Shown here: one piece after another, positions 11,247 through 20,762 of the stretch
How the letters are laid out: every line of letters starts with the position of its first letter
Position numbering within the stretch: the stretch's first letter is position 1
Source of the DNA: an archaeon
Lineage (GTDB): Archaea; Nanobdellota; Nanobdellia; Woesearchaeales; UBA9642
Length of the DNA stretch: 64,000 nt
NCBI GenBank assembly: GCA_043806035.1
Contig: JAZDHK010000001.1
Coordinates: forward strand, 32,001-96,000
Direction: 5' to 3'
The notes under the pieces: generated by a model
The model's input: only the letters and a program-made list of their open reading frames with translations
Databases searched by the model: none
Told to the model about the DNA's origin: nothing
Position numbers and translations under genes: made by a program

Positions 11247-11397
11247 GTTTTCACCTTGCGTTTTTGTGTATTTGCGCTGTGCGCGCATAAGGGTAGAAAT
11301 AGCACCCGTTAGTATATACTTTTGTCTTATAGTATATATATTAGCTTATTTTGTTTATAGAAAAGAAATATATTTATACTTCCTCTTCCTACTGCTC

Positions 11398-12291
11398 ATG
11401 ATGCGAAGGAAACTCGTCAAGCAAGGAGCAGCAACGCTTATGGTGAGCCTGCCGGCAGACTGGATCAGGCAGCATGGGCTGGGCAAGGGCGACGAGATAG
11501 ATGTCGAGGAAGAGCAAGGAAAATTATGCATCAGCAAAGTCTCACAAAAAGAAAAATCTTCAACTACCATTCGTCTCACCTCTCCTGTCGAGAGCAGCGT
11601 ACGAACAAGCATCATCAACGCATACAGAGCAGGCTACGATATTCTGAATATTGAGTACGGTGACGAACGATGCATGGTCGCAATCCAATCCACTCTTGAG
11701 AAGTATCTTCTGGGTTTCGACATCCTCGAGCGGCATAAGAATTCATGTATTTTAACCAGCATATCAGAACCTGCCTTTGAGCAATTCCATAGCATCCTGC
11801 AAAAACTCATAACCAATATAGGCTATGTCATCCACGCAAGCATAGCGCGACTGCAGAAAAAAACTCCATTTCCCGATTATGAAGCCATCATCTTCAAGAC
11901 GTACCAGTACGACAACTTCTGCAGGCGCATCATCGCAAAGCAGCATTTCGACAGAGAATTCCTTCCTGACTTCATGGGCATGCTCATCAATGCCTTGCAC
12001 GAATTCCTCTTCCTCAACAGACTGCTTGACAAGCAGCCCTGCCAAGTCGAACACACAGCCCTCGCACATCTGGATGACGCATTCTTACTCATCCAGAAAG
12101 CATTCACGAAAAAAGACCATACAGCAGTCGAGAAACTCCACGAGACACAGCTCGGCTATGAGCACTTCTCAGAAGACATCAAGAATCCCAAACGAGTCAT
12201 CCCCTTGTACCATCTCGCCCTCGCCAGCAGGTTCCTGTACTTGTCGACGGGGCCATTGCTAGGATATTTGCTTAAGCAGCCATCCGCCTAA
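11398..12291 (+). CDS. AbrB/MazE-PhoU type phosphate uptake regulator
   Basis: RKLVKQGAATLMVSLPADWIRQHGLGKGDEI AbrB domain followed by INAYRAGYD helical region. Confidence 0.85.
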   Translation: MMRRKLVKQGAATLMVSLPADWIRQHGLGKGDEIDVEEEQGKLCISKVSQKEKSSTTIRLTSPVESSVRTSIINAYRAGYDILNIEYGDERCMVAIQSTLEKYLLGFDILERHKNSCILTSISEPAFEQFHSILQKLITNIGYVIHASIARLQKKTPFPDYEAIIFKTYQYDNFCRRIIAKQHFDREFLPDFMGMLINALHEFLFLNRLLDKQPCQVEHTALAHLDDAFLLIQKAFTKKDHTAVEKLHETQLGYEHFSEDIKNPKRVIPLYHLALASRFLYLSTGPLLGYLLKQPSA

Positions 12292-12514
12292 GCTGAGCGA
12301 TTTTGCTGCCGATCCTGTTCAGTATGGCATCAGGATACTTTCCTCGCATGCCCTGCAATAATTTTTCTGCGAAAATGATGTCCGCAAGCAGGCTTTGCTT
12401 CTCAGCGCGTGTGATGTTATGCTTGTCCTGATCGCTCAGCACGGGAACGGGGCGCAATTGCAGCTTGTGCTGCGTCTTGGCAAGCCTTACCAAGAAATCT
12501 CGTGCAGGATTCAT
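12272..12514 (-). CDS. Hypothetical protein
   Basis: 80-aa ORF overlapping the stop of the upstream gene. Confidence 0.5.
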   Translation of the reverse strand: MNPARDFLVRLAKTQHKLQLRPVPVLSDQDKHNITRAEKQSLLADIIFAEKLLQGMRGKYPDAILNRIGSKIAQLRRMAA

Positions 12515-13032
12515 AATCCTAAGAATCTCCTTTTCGGTTCTGGAGGAAGCGGTGGAGCACCTAACTGCGGAGGAGGTCCTGGAGGAGGCAACGGCGGCAG
12601 GTTCGGTGATGGGGGAGGTGGTGGCATGTCCGGAGGAGGGAATGTTCTCATTGGAGGAGCCATTTGCCGAGGCATCATGCGTTGCATCTGCGGCTGGCTC
12701 ATTTGTGGCATTGGTGGGGCTTGTTGGTTCTTCACCATGTCTGCAATCGCCACGAGCGCTCGTGCCATCTTCTCATTCTGGTCGAGGATCCTGCTCAGTT
12801 TCTCCTGCGGCTTTTGTCCTTCATATTCCTTGATGAGGTCATTCTGCGTCTGGTTCAGCAAGTTCAGGAGATTATTCATGCTCCTTGAAAGATTATCCAT
12901 CGCCTCGATGAGCGTCTTTGAAGAACCCATGCCTCCAAGCGGATCTTTTTTGAACGAATCCAGCTCCTTCCTCAGCTTTTCTAGTTCCTCGTGAGGCAAT
13001 AACTCATATTCATCAGATTGAGCATCAACCAT
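12511..13032 (-). CDS. Coiled-coil protein with Pro-rich C-terminus
   Basis: YELLPHEELEKLRKELD...; poly-Pro tail ending KRRFLGL; SD GGGGTGA. Confidence 0.75.
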   Translation of the reverse strand: MVDAQSDEYELLPHEELEKLRKELDSFKKDPLGGMGSSKTLIEAMDNLSRSMNNLLNLLNQTQNDLIKEYEGQKPQEKLSRILDQNEKMARALVAIADMVKNQQAPPMPQMSQPQMQRMMPRQMAPPMRTFPPPDMPPPPPSPNLPPLPPPGPPPQLGAPPLPPEPKRRFLGL

Positions 13033-13147
13033 GCTTCACCCCTTTCTCAACACCAGACGGAAATGCTTTTTAAATAGTTTTCTGTTTTGCCTCTTGTGCA
13101 AATATTCATAAAGTTCCACTGCCCTATGTTGGAGTCGAGGATGTGCA

Positions 13148-13558
13148 ATGATACATAAGACAAATGTTTGGGTGTGGTCATACAATAAAAACAACACACC
13201 CCTGGACTTTAGCACTGCAGGCAAGTGGCTGTCATCAGGAACACCGAAGCGATTTGCAAAGCTCTTTCCCACAATTGATGCTCTCGTCGAGCAAGGTCTG
13301 CTGTTCAAGGCAAAATACACGCACAAGGAAAACCTCGACTATGATCCTCTGCCGTACGAGAAAAGCGTGCTCTGCGTGTACGCAGATGGCATCACGAAAG
13401 AACAGGTCAAAAACATCATCAGGGGATTAGGCACACGTTCCTTAACGTGGAAGTACGAAACACAATCGATAAAAGATTGGCTGCCTGGCGGAACGTTGTA
13501 TGAGAAGTCACAGCAGCAGAAACTGCGTTACCTCTACGAACACGACTGTTGGGCATAA
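13148..13558 (+). CDS. DUF1917/eIF4E-fold-like protein
   Basis: GKWL, AKY, VLCVY, L.WK.E motifs resemble DUF1917. Confidence 0.5.
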   Translation: MIHKTNVWVWSYNKNNTPLDFSTAGKWLSSGTPKRFAKLFPTIDALVEQGLLFKAKYTHKENLDYDPLPYEKSVLCVYADGITKEQVKNIIRGLGTRSLTWKYETQSIKDWLPGGTLYEKSQQQKLRYLYEHDCWA

Positions 13559-13590
13559 TGTTTAAATGTACGCGAGCATTCGCAATGGTT

Positions 13591-14034
13591 ATGCACTACA
13601 TCGAAGCGCCACAAGCATATACTGGCAATGAGAAAAGTATTTTTCTTGCAGGAGGCATAACGAACTGTCCTGACTGGCAGCACGAACTCACTGCGCTGCT
13701 CAAGGACGAAGCACTCGTCATTCTCAACCCCCGTAGGAAAACATTCCACGAAAACCCAAACGCTGCAAGAGAACAGATTATCTGGGAGTACAAACACTTG
13801 AGAAAAGCAACAGCCATTTCCTTCTGGTTCCCCAAAGAAGCCATTTGCCCCATAGCGCTCTACGAACTAGGCGCGTGGTCTATGACGGACAAGGAGCTGT
13901 TCATCGGCATCCATCCCGACTATCCTCGACGGGCGGATGTGGAAGTGCAGACAAAACTCGTGCGTCCCAACACGTGGTTCGTCTATGATCTGTGCACGCT
14001 TGCGGACAGTATCAAGCGCTGGTCAAAGCAATGA
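13591..14034 (+). CDS. Nucleoside 2-deoxyribosyltransferase-like protein
   Basis: IFLAGGI..PDWQ, LNPRR, EQIIWE, CPIALYELG. Confidence 0.85.
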   Translation: MHYIEAPQAYTGNEKSIFLAGGITNCPDWQHELTALLKDEALVILNPRRKTFHENPNAAREQIIWEYKHLRKATAISFWFPKEAICPIALYELGAWSMTDKELFIGIHPDYPRRADVEVQTKLVRPNTWFVYDLCTLADSIKRWSKQ

Positions 14035-14129
14035 CGTTGCGCATAACGCGCAAGCACTACCTGTGCCAGCAGCGATACTGGTAAGATGGTGAAGAAACAT
14101 TTAAGTATGAGAAAGAGTATCTGCCGTCA

Positions 14130-15119
14130 ATGAACCCGCAAACGCTTGACGAACTCCTGCTTGCAACAAAAACCAACGATTTCTCGCTCGCCGCAACCAT
14201 GATGCCTGAAAAAACAAGCAGGCTGGGTAAGCTCTTCGCAAAAACGCTCGGCATGTCCTCAGGAAAGATGATCCTTGCCTATCAGACGATGCTCAACAGA
14301 CTCTCTGTGGGATGCACGGCAGAAGAAACAACTGCTGCAGTCAAGAATGCAGTGCATACCGCATCGAAAGTCAACATACGCCTGCCGTTCTCTCATCAAA
14401 AGACGGCACGGCTGTGCGGTCTGGTAGCGCTCAACCAGGCAGGGTTCTTCGATGCGGAGACAGCGCTGTACGCTGCAATCAGGCAAGATCTCGGCAGTCA
14501 GGGAAGTATCGACGACATCAAGGCAGTCGCGCGAGCACACCCTGAAACGTATGGTCGGCTGCTGGAGCAAAAGCAGAATGCGATTTACGACTTCACCGTC
14601 CTGATGGGCATGCGCGACGACAAAGCGCGCTTCTCCTCACTCACGGAAGCAATGCCTACAAAAACAAGAAAGTACTTCACTGCAGTATCCAAACTGCACA
14701 AAGGCGGCTTGCTCAGGCCAACCTGGCCATTACCATTCAAAAAGTTCTCGACAGCCATAGAACAAGGACTGTACTATGACACGATCGGCGCCGCAGCGCA
14801 GGAAGGCACGGGAATAGATATTGGGTTCACGTATCCTCGCGGCGAAGAACTACTGGCGAAGATTGTCACTGACTACAACACTGCAGTGCAGCAGCCAAAG
14901 AAAAGATGGATTGCACACCCTGCACTCACTGCAGCAGGACTCTACCTTGCCGGCATGAGCGTCTGCCTGGCCAAGACGGGCGCGCAAGCAGGCATCGTCA
15001 TTCACAATCCTGCTGCCGTCGCTACATCGGCAGGAGCACTACTTTCAACGACGCTGGACAATGAGGAAATATCCACTCCCGTCTCTCTTGTCGTGTACAG
15101 CCTATTGACGACAGCGTGA
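14130..15119 (+). CDS. Hypothetical protein
   Basis: 329-aa ORF with hydrophobic C-terminus; no motif recognised. Confidence 0.6.
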   Translation: MNPQTLDELLLATKTNDFSLAATMMPEKTSRLGKLFAKTLGMSSGKMILAYQTMLNRLSVGCTAEETTAAVKNAVHTASKVNIRLPFSHQKTARLCGLVALNQAGFFDAETALYAAIRQDLGSQGSIDDIKAVARAHPETYGRLLEQKQNAIYDFTVLMGMRDDKARFSSLTEAMPTKTRKYFTAVSKLHKGGLLRPTWPLPFKKFSTAIEQGLYYDTIGAAAQEGTGIDIGFTYPRGEELLAKIVTDYNTAVQQPKKRWIAHPALTAAGLYLAGMSVCLAKTGAQAGIVIHNPAAVATSAGALLSTTLDNEEISTPVSLVVYSLLTTA

Positions 15120-15205
15120 GTTTTATAGGCTGATGCTTGTATCCTGCAGACACGAAAATACATCTCGACAAAATTTATAAACAGCCCCGCAAGCCCAGCA
15201 CGCAT

Positions 15206-15309
15206 GGGCAAGTAGCTCAACTCGGTAGAGTGCCCCGTTGGCTCACGCGAAATGAACATGTTCGTGTCCAGAGTCGGGGAGGCTGCGGGTTCAAATCCCG
15301 CCTTGTCCA
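15206..15309 (+). tRNA. tRNA-Ala(GGC) with 30-nt intron (15244-15273)
   Basis: Acceptor GGGCAAG/CTTGTCC with G3:U70, T-arm GCGGG-TTCAAAT-CCCGC, anticodon stem CCCCG/CGGGG, canonical bulge-helix-bulge. Confidence 0.92.
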
Positions 15310-15403
15310 TAGCTGACCTCAGCTAGCACGGAAACGGATTCTGCGAATCCGGGATTTTTTTAGTGGGCTGCAAGCCCGCTTACGTATCAAATCAGTTGAT
15401 TTG

Positions 15404-15424
15404 AATCCCGCCTTGTTCATGGCT
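15404..15424 (+). repeat. Degenerate copy of the tRNA-Ala 3' end (att-like)
   Basis: AATCCCGCCTTGTTCATGGCT vs AATCCCGCCTTGTCCATAGCT at 15294-15314 (19/21). Confidence 0.7.
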
Positions 15425-16071
15425 CACTTCTGCTTTTCCTCGACGATATTGTTCCATCGCATGATGATGTTATTTCGTTCAGTGTCCGTATAGAAGAAAT
15501 CACTGTGCACTGGACAATAGTTCCCTCGTTGCAATTCCAGCCAGCTGCTTTGCATGTCGTACGCTCCTTCCTCGTGCCTGAGAATCCAGACGCAATCGGA
15601 TCGCTCGCAGAGCTCGTGTCCAATGTCGTATGCGTCCAACCTGCTTCCCAAATTGTGCGAGATGAGTACTTCAAGGCCTGCAAGACGCACGTCCTTGTCA
15701 GGAATGTGTATGCACATCTGTTCGGTAGTTGCCATTTTGGACCAGGCATAGCCGAGCTTATGCTTCTTGCGCATGAGCGCTTCCTGCATGAACACATCAA
15801 GACAAGCAAGATACTGCGGTGTTGCCTTGAACGCTTCAGGCGTGTGCTTGAGCAGGTAGTCACTTGCATAATATTTGATGTTGTCATGACAGTCAATGAG
15901 TCGGTGCACCAAATTTTTTGTCGATGTTGGCATGTCATTGATGTGATGCTTGTACTCAGAAAGTCCGTACTGAGGCACGTCCTGCTCCCGTCTTGTCTGT
16001 GCCAGATCTTCGATGATGTCTCGCAGCGCTTGCCTGCTGAGTCGTTCATACGGTAGTTTTTCGCTTATCAT
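15424..16071 (-). CDS. Hypothetical protein
   Basis: 215-aa ORF; no motif recognised. Confidence 0.6.
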   Translation of the reverse strand: MISEKLPYERLSRQALRDIIEDLAQTRREQDVPQYGLSEYKHHINDMPTSTKNLVHRLIDCHDNIKYYASDYLLKHTPEAFKATPQYLACLDVFMQEALMRKKHKLGYAWSKMATTEQMCIHIPDKDVRLAGLEVLISHNLGSRLDAYDIGHELCERSDCVWILRHEEGAYDMQSSWLELQRGNYCPVHSDFFYTDTERNNIIMRWNNIVEEKQK

Positions 16072-16163
16072 GCCTGGCTACATGCACTGCACAGCATTAA
16101 TTATTGCTACTCCTTAAATAAGTAGGAGAAAGATTATTATATTCGCGATGATTTTCTGCAGCC

Positions 16164-16865
16164 ATGATTGAAACGTTGCAAACACTCGGCCTGAGCAAAC
16201 GCGAGAGCGTCTGCTATCTTGCACTGCTTGAACTCGGGCCTGCACGCACGGGCAGCATCTGCAAAAAAACACGAATACCCTCCTCAAAAATATATTCCCT
16301 GCTCGAACGTCTCGCAAGCAAAGGACTCGTTTCCCATGTTCTGCGCAACAACATACGATACTATCAGGCAGCGCACCCGAAACGGCTCCTGCACGACCTT
16401 GCCGAGAAAAAAAGGAAAATCGAACACATCCTGCCGAGCCTGCTTGTGCACAAACAACAGCACCAGAGCGTAGAGTTGATAGAGGGGCAAAAGGCGCTCT
16501 TCACGGCACTCACAGAACTCATTGCCGATGCCCGACCGAGGGAACTCTATCTCGTCTTCTCAATCAACGAGGAGAACAAGGACAAACAGGCAAACCTCTT
16601 TTTCAGGAACATGACTCTCCGCAGGAAAGAAAAAATGCTAGACGTTCGTTTACTCAAGAACAAGAAAGACTACGTCAACGAAAAACACACAAAAGTGCAG
16701 ATTCGCTACACCTCCTTTTCTTTGCCACAAGGCATAACCATTTTCAGAAACCATATCCTTCTCGTCACATGGCAGGAGACTCCGCTTGCCGTACACATAG
16801 AAAGTGAAACCATAGCGGGGCAGATGAGGGAATTTTTTCTTTCACTCTGGAAAAAAGCACGCTAA
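16164..16865 (+). CDS. TrmB family transcriptional regulator
   Basis: LQTLGLSKRESVCYLALLELG...IPSSKIYSLLERLASKGLV HTH. Confidence 0.9.
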   Translation: MIETLQTLGLSKRESVCYLALLELGPARTGSICKKTRIPSSKIYSLLERLASKGLVSHVLRNNIRYYQAAHPKRLLHDLAEKKRKIEHILPSLLVHKQQHQSVELIEGQKALFTALTELIADARPRELYLVFSINEENKDKQANLFFRNMTLRRKEKMLDVRLLKNKKDYVNEKHTKVQIRYTSFSLPQGITIFRNHILLVTWQETPLAVHIESETIAGQMREFFLSLWKKAR

Positions 16866-16890
16866 CCCCTGTATGCGAAAACTTCTGCAG

Positions 16891-17697
16891 TCACAGATCA
16901 GTCAATTCCTCCTCAGAAAATTTTGCAAGCAGCAACGATTTGAGCTTGGCGATCGCGCGGCGGTGGCGCTCGCCGATGCGCTGGACCGAAACCCCCATTA
17001 TTTTTGCGATGTCCGACATTGACAGCTCGTGATAGTAACGCGCTTCAATGACCTCTCTGTCTTTAGGAATGAGCTGCGCGAAGCAGGTCTTGAGGAATTG
17101 CTTGATGTTCTGCTCATGCAAATCCTCTATGATGGGATGGTGGATGGGAAGCACGCTCAGCAGCGTTCCTTCCTTGCCATATTTTTTGTTGAGCGACAGC
17201 GGCCACCGGTATTCGTTCATGTGCGTGATTACTTGCTTGATTTTGTTCTCACCGATGTGCAGGATGTCACTAAGCTCCTCAGCCAGCGGCTCCCGGCCAT
17301 GTGTTGCAAAAAATCGCTGGGACGCAATATCTATCTTGTGGACGAGGGTTGTCGTTGCATACGGCAGGTGAACCGTCTTTGTTTCTTTCTGACCTTGAAA
17401 AATGGCCTGCCGTATCCACCTGACAGAATACGAAGTGAATCTCCCTTTGTCCGGATCGTACGTCTCAATGGCGCGCAGCAAACCCTTGTTGCCATCGCTC
17501 ACTGCCTCGTCGAGCGAGTAGTCTTTCTTTATCATCTTGCTCGCAATAAATACCACAAAGCTCAGATTTCCTTTGGCTATCTGGTCGCGAGCGGCAAGCA
17601 ATCCTGTTGCCATATACTCTCTTGCGAGAGCGGCCGTTTCTTCTTGAGAGAGGACGGGATACAGGGATATATCCTTTAAGTACTGGTCCAAGGACAT
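16891..17697 (-). CDS. Bacterial sigma-70 family factor (RpoD/RpoS-like regions 1.2-4)
   Basis: LDQYLKDI..YPVLSQEE (1.2), NLSFVVFIA (2.1), GNKGLLRAIETYDPDKGRFTSYSVRWIRQAI (2.2-2.4), GREPLAEELS (3), LSMSDIAKIMGVSVQRI (4.2). Confidence 0.92.
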   Translation of the reverse strand: MSLDQYLKDISLYPVLSQEETAALAREYMATGLLAARDQIAKGNLSFVVFIASKMIKKDYSLDEAVSDGNKGLLRAIETYDPDKGRFTSYSVRWIRQAIFQGQKETKTVHLPYATTTLVHKIDIASQRFFATHGREPLAEELSDILHIGENKIKQVITHMNEYRWPLSLNKKYGKEGTLLSVLPIHHPIIEDLHEQNIKQFLKTCFAQLIPKDREVIEARYYHELSMSDIAKIMGVSVQRIGERHRRAIAKLKSLLLAKFSEEELTDL

Positions 17698-17793
17698 AGG
17701 TGAGAAGAATGCTTTTCTCTTTAAATACTCTCCTGCACCACAGGAATGGAGAGGGTCGATACATTATTAAAGAGATTGTACTTTAGGGCAGTC

Positions 17794-18426
17794 ATGGACT
17801 TTGGCATCATCTTGCTTAAGATGGGACTCATCTTCGTCCTCGCATTCCTCTTTGGCCTGGAACGGCAGCGCAGCCACAAACCCGTTGGTTTTGGGACGTT
17901 TACCTTCGTCTCCATCGGCGCATGCGCACTTGCTATCGTTGCCGACAGCTTAGGCATAGACAGGTATGTACCGCTTCTCGCTGCCATCGTCACAGGCATA
18001 GGCTTCTTGGGAGCGGGAGCGCTGATACGCACGAACGACAAGCTCTTCGGGGCGACGACAGCAGCAGGCATTTGGCTGTTCGCCATCATCGGACTCGTGG
18101 TCGGTGTGGGAGAATATGCATTGGCTGCATTCGTCTACGTCCTGGCCTGGCTTGTCATACTCATCGACAATTGGCTCCAGACAAAAGGTGTCGGCCTCTA
18201 CCAGAAGCACGTCCGCATCATCACGAACAGAATCATCACCGAGAAAGAAATTCGCAAACACATCTATTTCGGCAGCAGGAAGCACAAGCTCGTCAGCATA
18301 GAGATAGACAAGACGAACAACAGGATGAAGCTCTCGTATGTCATCGAGGGAAACAAAGAGAACATCAACGCCATCACCAACCAGCTCTTCGAGCAGGAAT
18401 GGCTCGAATCGTACACGGTGGAATAG
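17794..18426 (+). CDS. MgtC/SapB family protein
   Basis: GLERQ..HKPVGFGTF, AAIVTGIGFLGAGAL, GATTAAGIW. Confidence 0.92.
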   Translation: MDFGIILLKMGLIFVLAFLFGLERQRSHKPVGFGTFTFVSIGACALAIVADSLGIDRYVPLLAAIVTGIGFLGAGALIRTNDKLFGATTAAGIWLFAIIGLVVGVGEYALAAFVYVLAWLVILIDNWLQTKGVGLYQKHVRIITNRIITEKEIRKHIYFGSRKHKLVSIEIDKTNNRMKLSYVIEGNKENINAITNQLFEQEWLESYTVE

Positions 18427-18495
18427 GACTTTTAGTTCTGTGTGAATTAACGTTTGACCATTGTAGAAACAGGCACAACATTTGGTGTGAGCGAT

Positions 18496-19308
18496 TCACT
18501 TGAGTACAAATTTCAGGGGAATAGCTACCCAAACGCCAACCGGACTATTTTGTTGAATGGCTGGCGTAAATTTCCACTGCTGGATGGCTTCGATAGCCTC
18601 TTCCTCAAAGCCAAGACCTTGCGGTGTCGCCTTCATAATCTCCCATTTGCGCACCGCACCCTTGTTGTCCACGTAAATCTTCAGTACAACCTTGCCAGTC
18701 ACACCTGCAGTTTTTGCCATTTCAGGATAGTCTGGCAGAGGACTTACAATGGGCTGTGGCGCCACTTCATACGGAATAAAAACGTTTGAAGAAGGAATAG
18801 AATCCTCGAGTTTGCTTTCCAAATACTCTATTTTGAAGTTAGCAGCGCCACTCAAGAGACTATCCAATGTCGGTGTGGTAGCCAGAGCTAGCTCTTCTTG
18901 AGACGGGATGTTTACTATCTCTTTTTCCTGCTCGTCAGGAACGGCCACAGGTTTGGCATACGCTGGCGGCACAACCGTCGCCTGCGCAACCCTAATCGTC
19001 GGAGGAACGGTCCTATCCGTGATTGATGGAGGTTGTCCTAGATTAGCAGGGGTCAGTGGAATGACCCGTGTGGGCTGCATCAGCTTTGGAGTAAATGCCA
19101 CGTTCGCAATGTATAACGGAGTCAGAATGATAGCGATGGACATAGCCAAGCTACTCAAAAAATGACGTCCAGCATACCTCGTTAATTCATGATGGAAAGG
19201 AAGATAGTAAGCAAGAAGCTGCTTGTACGTTGCATTAGGTGACAATTCCACGCAACTCCCCTTATTGTACGTATAAGCATTTTGCATAGTAATCCTTAGT
19301 AGAGTCAT
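18496..19308 (-). CDS. TonB family energy transducer
   Basis: TM helix, Pro-rich linker, C-terminal PDYPEMAKTAGVTGKVVLKIYVDNKGAV...FEEEAIEAIQQWKFTPA...IPLKF; start uncertain. Confidence 0.88.
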   Translation of the reverse strand: MTLLRITMQNAYTYNKGSCVELSPNATYKQLLAYYLPFHHELTRYAGRHFLSSLAMSIAIILTPLYIANVAFTPKLMQPTRVIPLTPANLGQPPSITDRTVPPTIRVAQATVVPPAYAKPVAVPDEQEKEIVNIPSQEELALATTPTLDSLLSGAANFKIEYLESKLEDSIPSSNVFIPYEVAPQPIVSPLPDYPEMAKTAGVTGKVVLKIYVDNKGAVRKWEIMKATPQGLGFEEEAIEAIQQWKFTPAIQQNSPVGVWVAIPLKFVLK

Positions 19309-19400
19309 TAATCAATAAATATTTTTCTCTTTTTAGTTACCTTAACAACTGTGTCTTGAATAGGAAAAACTATAAATACTCTGCTCTGTTCTTCTCCCGT

Positions 19401-19640
19401 ATGAATGAGTGGCTAGGCATATGGGAAGTCATCCCTCACTATTATCCTCGTGGAGAAGGGCCGCAGAACGCATTGCGAAAACACTTGGGAAACGTTGATG
19501 TGGTGTATTCGTTTAAGCAAGCCGAGCGGGCAAGTCCGCAAGAATTGTTCGGTCGCATACCTGCCTATGTCAGGCACAATGAAGACGTGCTCAGCCAAAT
19601 ACGTACAGCAGCACAATCCCTACAACTATACAAAGAATAG
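19401..19640 (+). CDS. Small hypothetical protein
   Basis: 79-aa ORF downstream of TATA-like TATAAATA; overlaps a convergent gene. Confidence 0.4.
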   Translation: MNEWLGIWEVIPHYYPRGEGPQNALRKHLGNVDVVYSFKQAERASPQELFGRIPAYVRHNEDVLSQIRTAAQSLQLYKE

Positions 19641-20460
19641 GGATGAGTTTCTTGAGCATGTCCTTGTCCTTGGCGATGTTCCAGGACGCATCGACCAGCT
19701 TCTCAAAGAAGAGCACGGCAAGCACTTGCAATGTCTGCAAGGAAGCGACAATGCCTGCAGGCAGCCCCGCCATGGCAAGAAAAAGAGTCAGCATGGCCAG
19801 CAACGTGATGAATTCTATGAGAAATGCAAAGGGCAGCAGCTTGAGCTCTTGGAAAAATCCTCTCCTGTACTTCGGCAGGAACAGGATGGCCACGATAGTC
19901 AGTCCCATGAACAGCTGGCTCCACGCGAACGACTGCATCAGCGGAAGCGTCGTCGCCTGCACTTTGATAATGAATTCAGTTATGGCAATCATGACGATGA
20001 GCCCGATGAGCAGCCACCAATTCACCTGCCACTTCATCTTCTGGGCACGCAATGACAGGGTAAGAACGCCGACAATAGTGAGCAAGCCGCCGATGTAGCC
20101 GAACAAGGAAAGGCGTTCGTTCAGGAAGAAGAAGGAAAGCAAAGCAACCAGCACAGGATACACGTAGATGAGTCCCACAAAATTAGAGACATCCTCTGTG
20201 CTGAGGATATGAAAGTACATGAACGTCTGCAAGCCCATGAACAGTCCCGAGATGAAGGGGAAGAGCAGATTGCTCAGCTTGAACTGCGACCAGTCAAGAA
20301 ATGCCCCCACAAGCAAGGCATACACGATAGTCACTATGCCTGCGACGGCAGCATAGCTCAATGCAGCCTTGACTTTCTTCGCCAGGATGTACTTGTCGAG
20401 AATGTTGTATGTTGCAAAGAAGAACGGGCTGAGAATGGCGAAAATCCACGGGGAAATCAT
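19591..20460 (-). CDS. EamA/DMT family transporter
   Basis: About 10 TM helices; NILDKYIL, PVLVALLSFFFLNERL. Confidence 0.88.
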   Translation of the reverse strand: MISPWIFAILSPFFFATYNILDKYILAKKVKAALSYAAVAGIVTIVYALLVGAFLDWSQFKLSNLLFPFISGLFMGLQTFMYFHILSTEDVSNFVGLIYVYPVLVALLSFFFLNERLSLFGYIGGLLTIVGVLTLSLRAQKMKWQVNWWLLIGLIVMIAITEFIIKVQATTLPLMQSFAWSQLFMGLTIVAILFLPKYRRGFFQELKLLPFAFLIEFITLLAMLTLFLAMAGLPAGIVASLQTLQVLAVLFFEKLVDASWNIAKDKDMLKKLIPILCIVVGIVLLYVFG

Positions 20461-20531
20461 GCGCTTAGCGCAATGTTCGCATTGATAAATGTTTGGAAAA
20501 AGTATTTAAACAAAGGACGGTTGCGTGCAGC

Positions 20532-20762
20532 ATGGCTGCTCTGCTGTGGTTGTTCGGCACGCTATTGCTTTTGCTCATCGCCATAGCCGTCTTCGCATTC
20601 GTCTTCTGGATACTCATGATCGTGGATGTTGCCCAGCGTACGTTCAAAGACGACGGCGAGAAAGTCGCCTGGGTGCTCATCGTCATCCTGCTCGGCATCA
20701 TCGGAGCCATCATCTACTACTTCATCGTCAAAATACGTAAACCAAAGCAAAGAAAAAAATGA
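20532..20762 (+). CDS. PLDc N-terminal domain small membrane protein
   Basis: FWILMIVDVAQR.F....EKVAWVLIVILLGIIGAIIYYF. Confidence 0.8.
   Translation: MAALLWLFGTLLLLLIAIAVFAFVFWILMIVDVAQRTFKDDGEKVAWVLIVILLGIIGAIIYYFIVKIRKPKQRKK

Noticed and set aside
16105-16130. TACT-N9-AGTA palindrome as TrmB operator (similar AT-rich palindromes near 11310, 45195 and 50390)
   Set aside because: Short AT-rich palindromes overlapping promoters; not distinguishable from chance without comparative data
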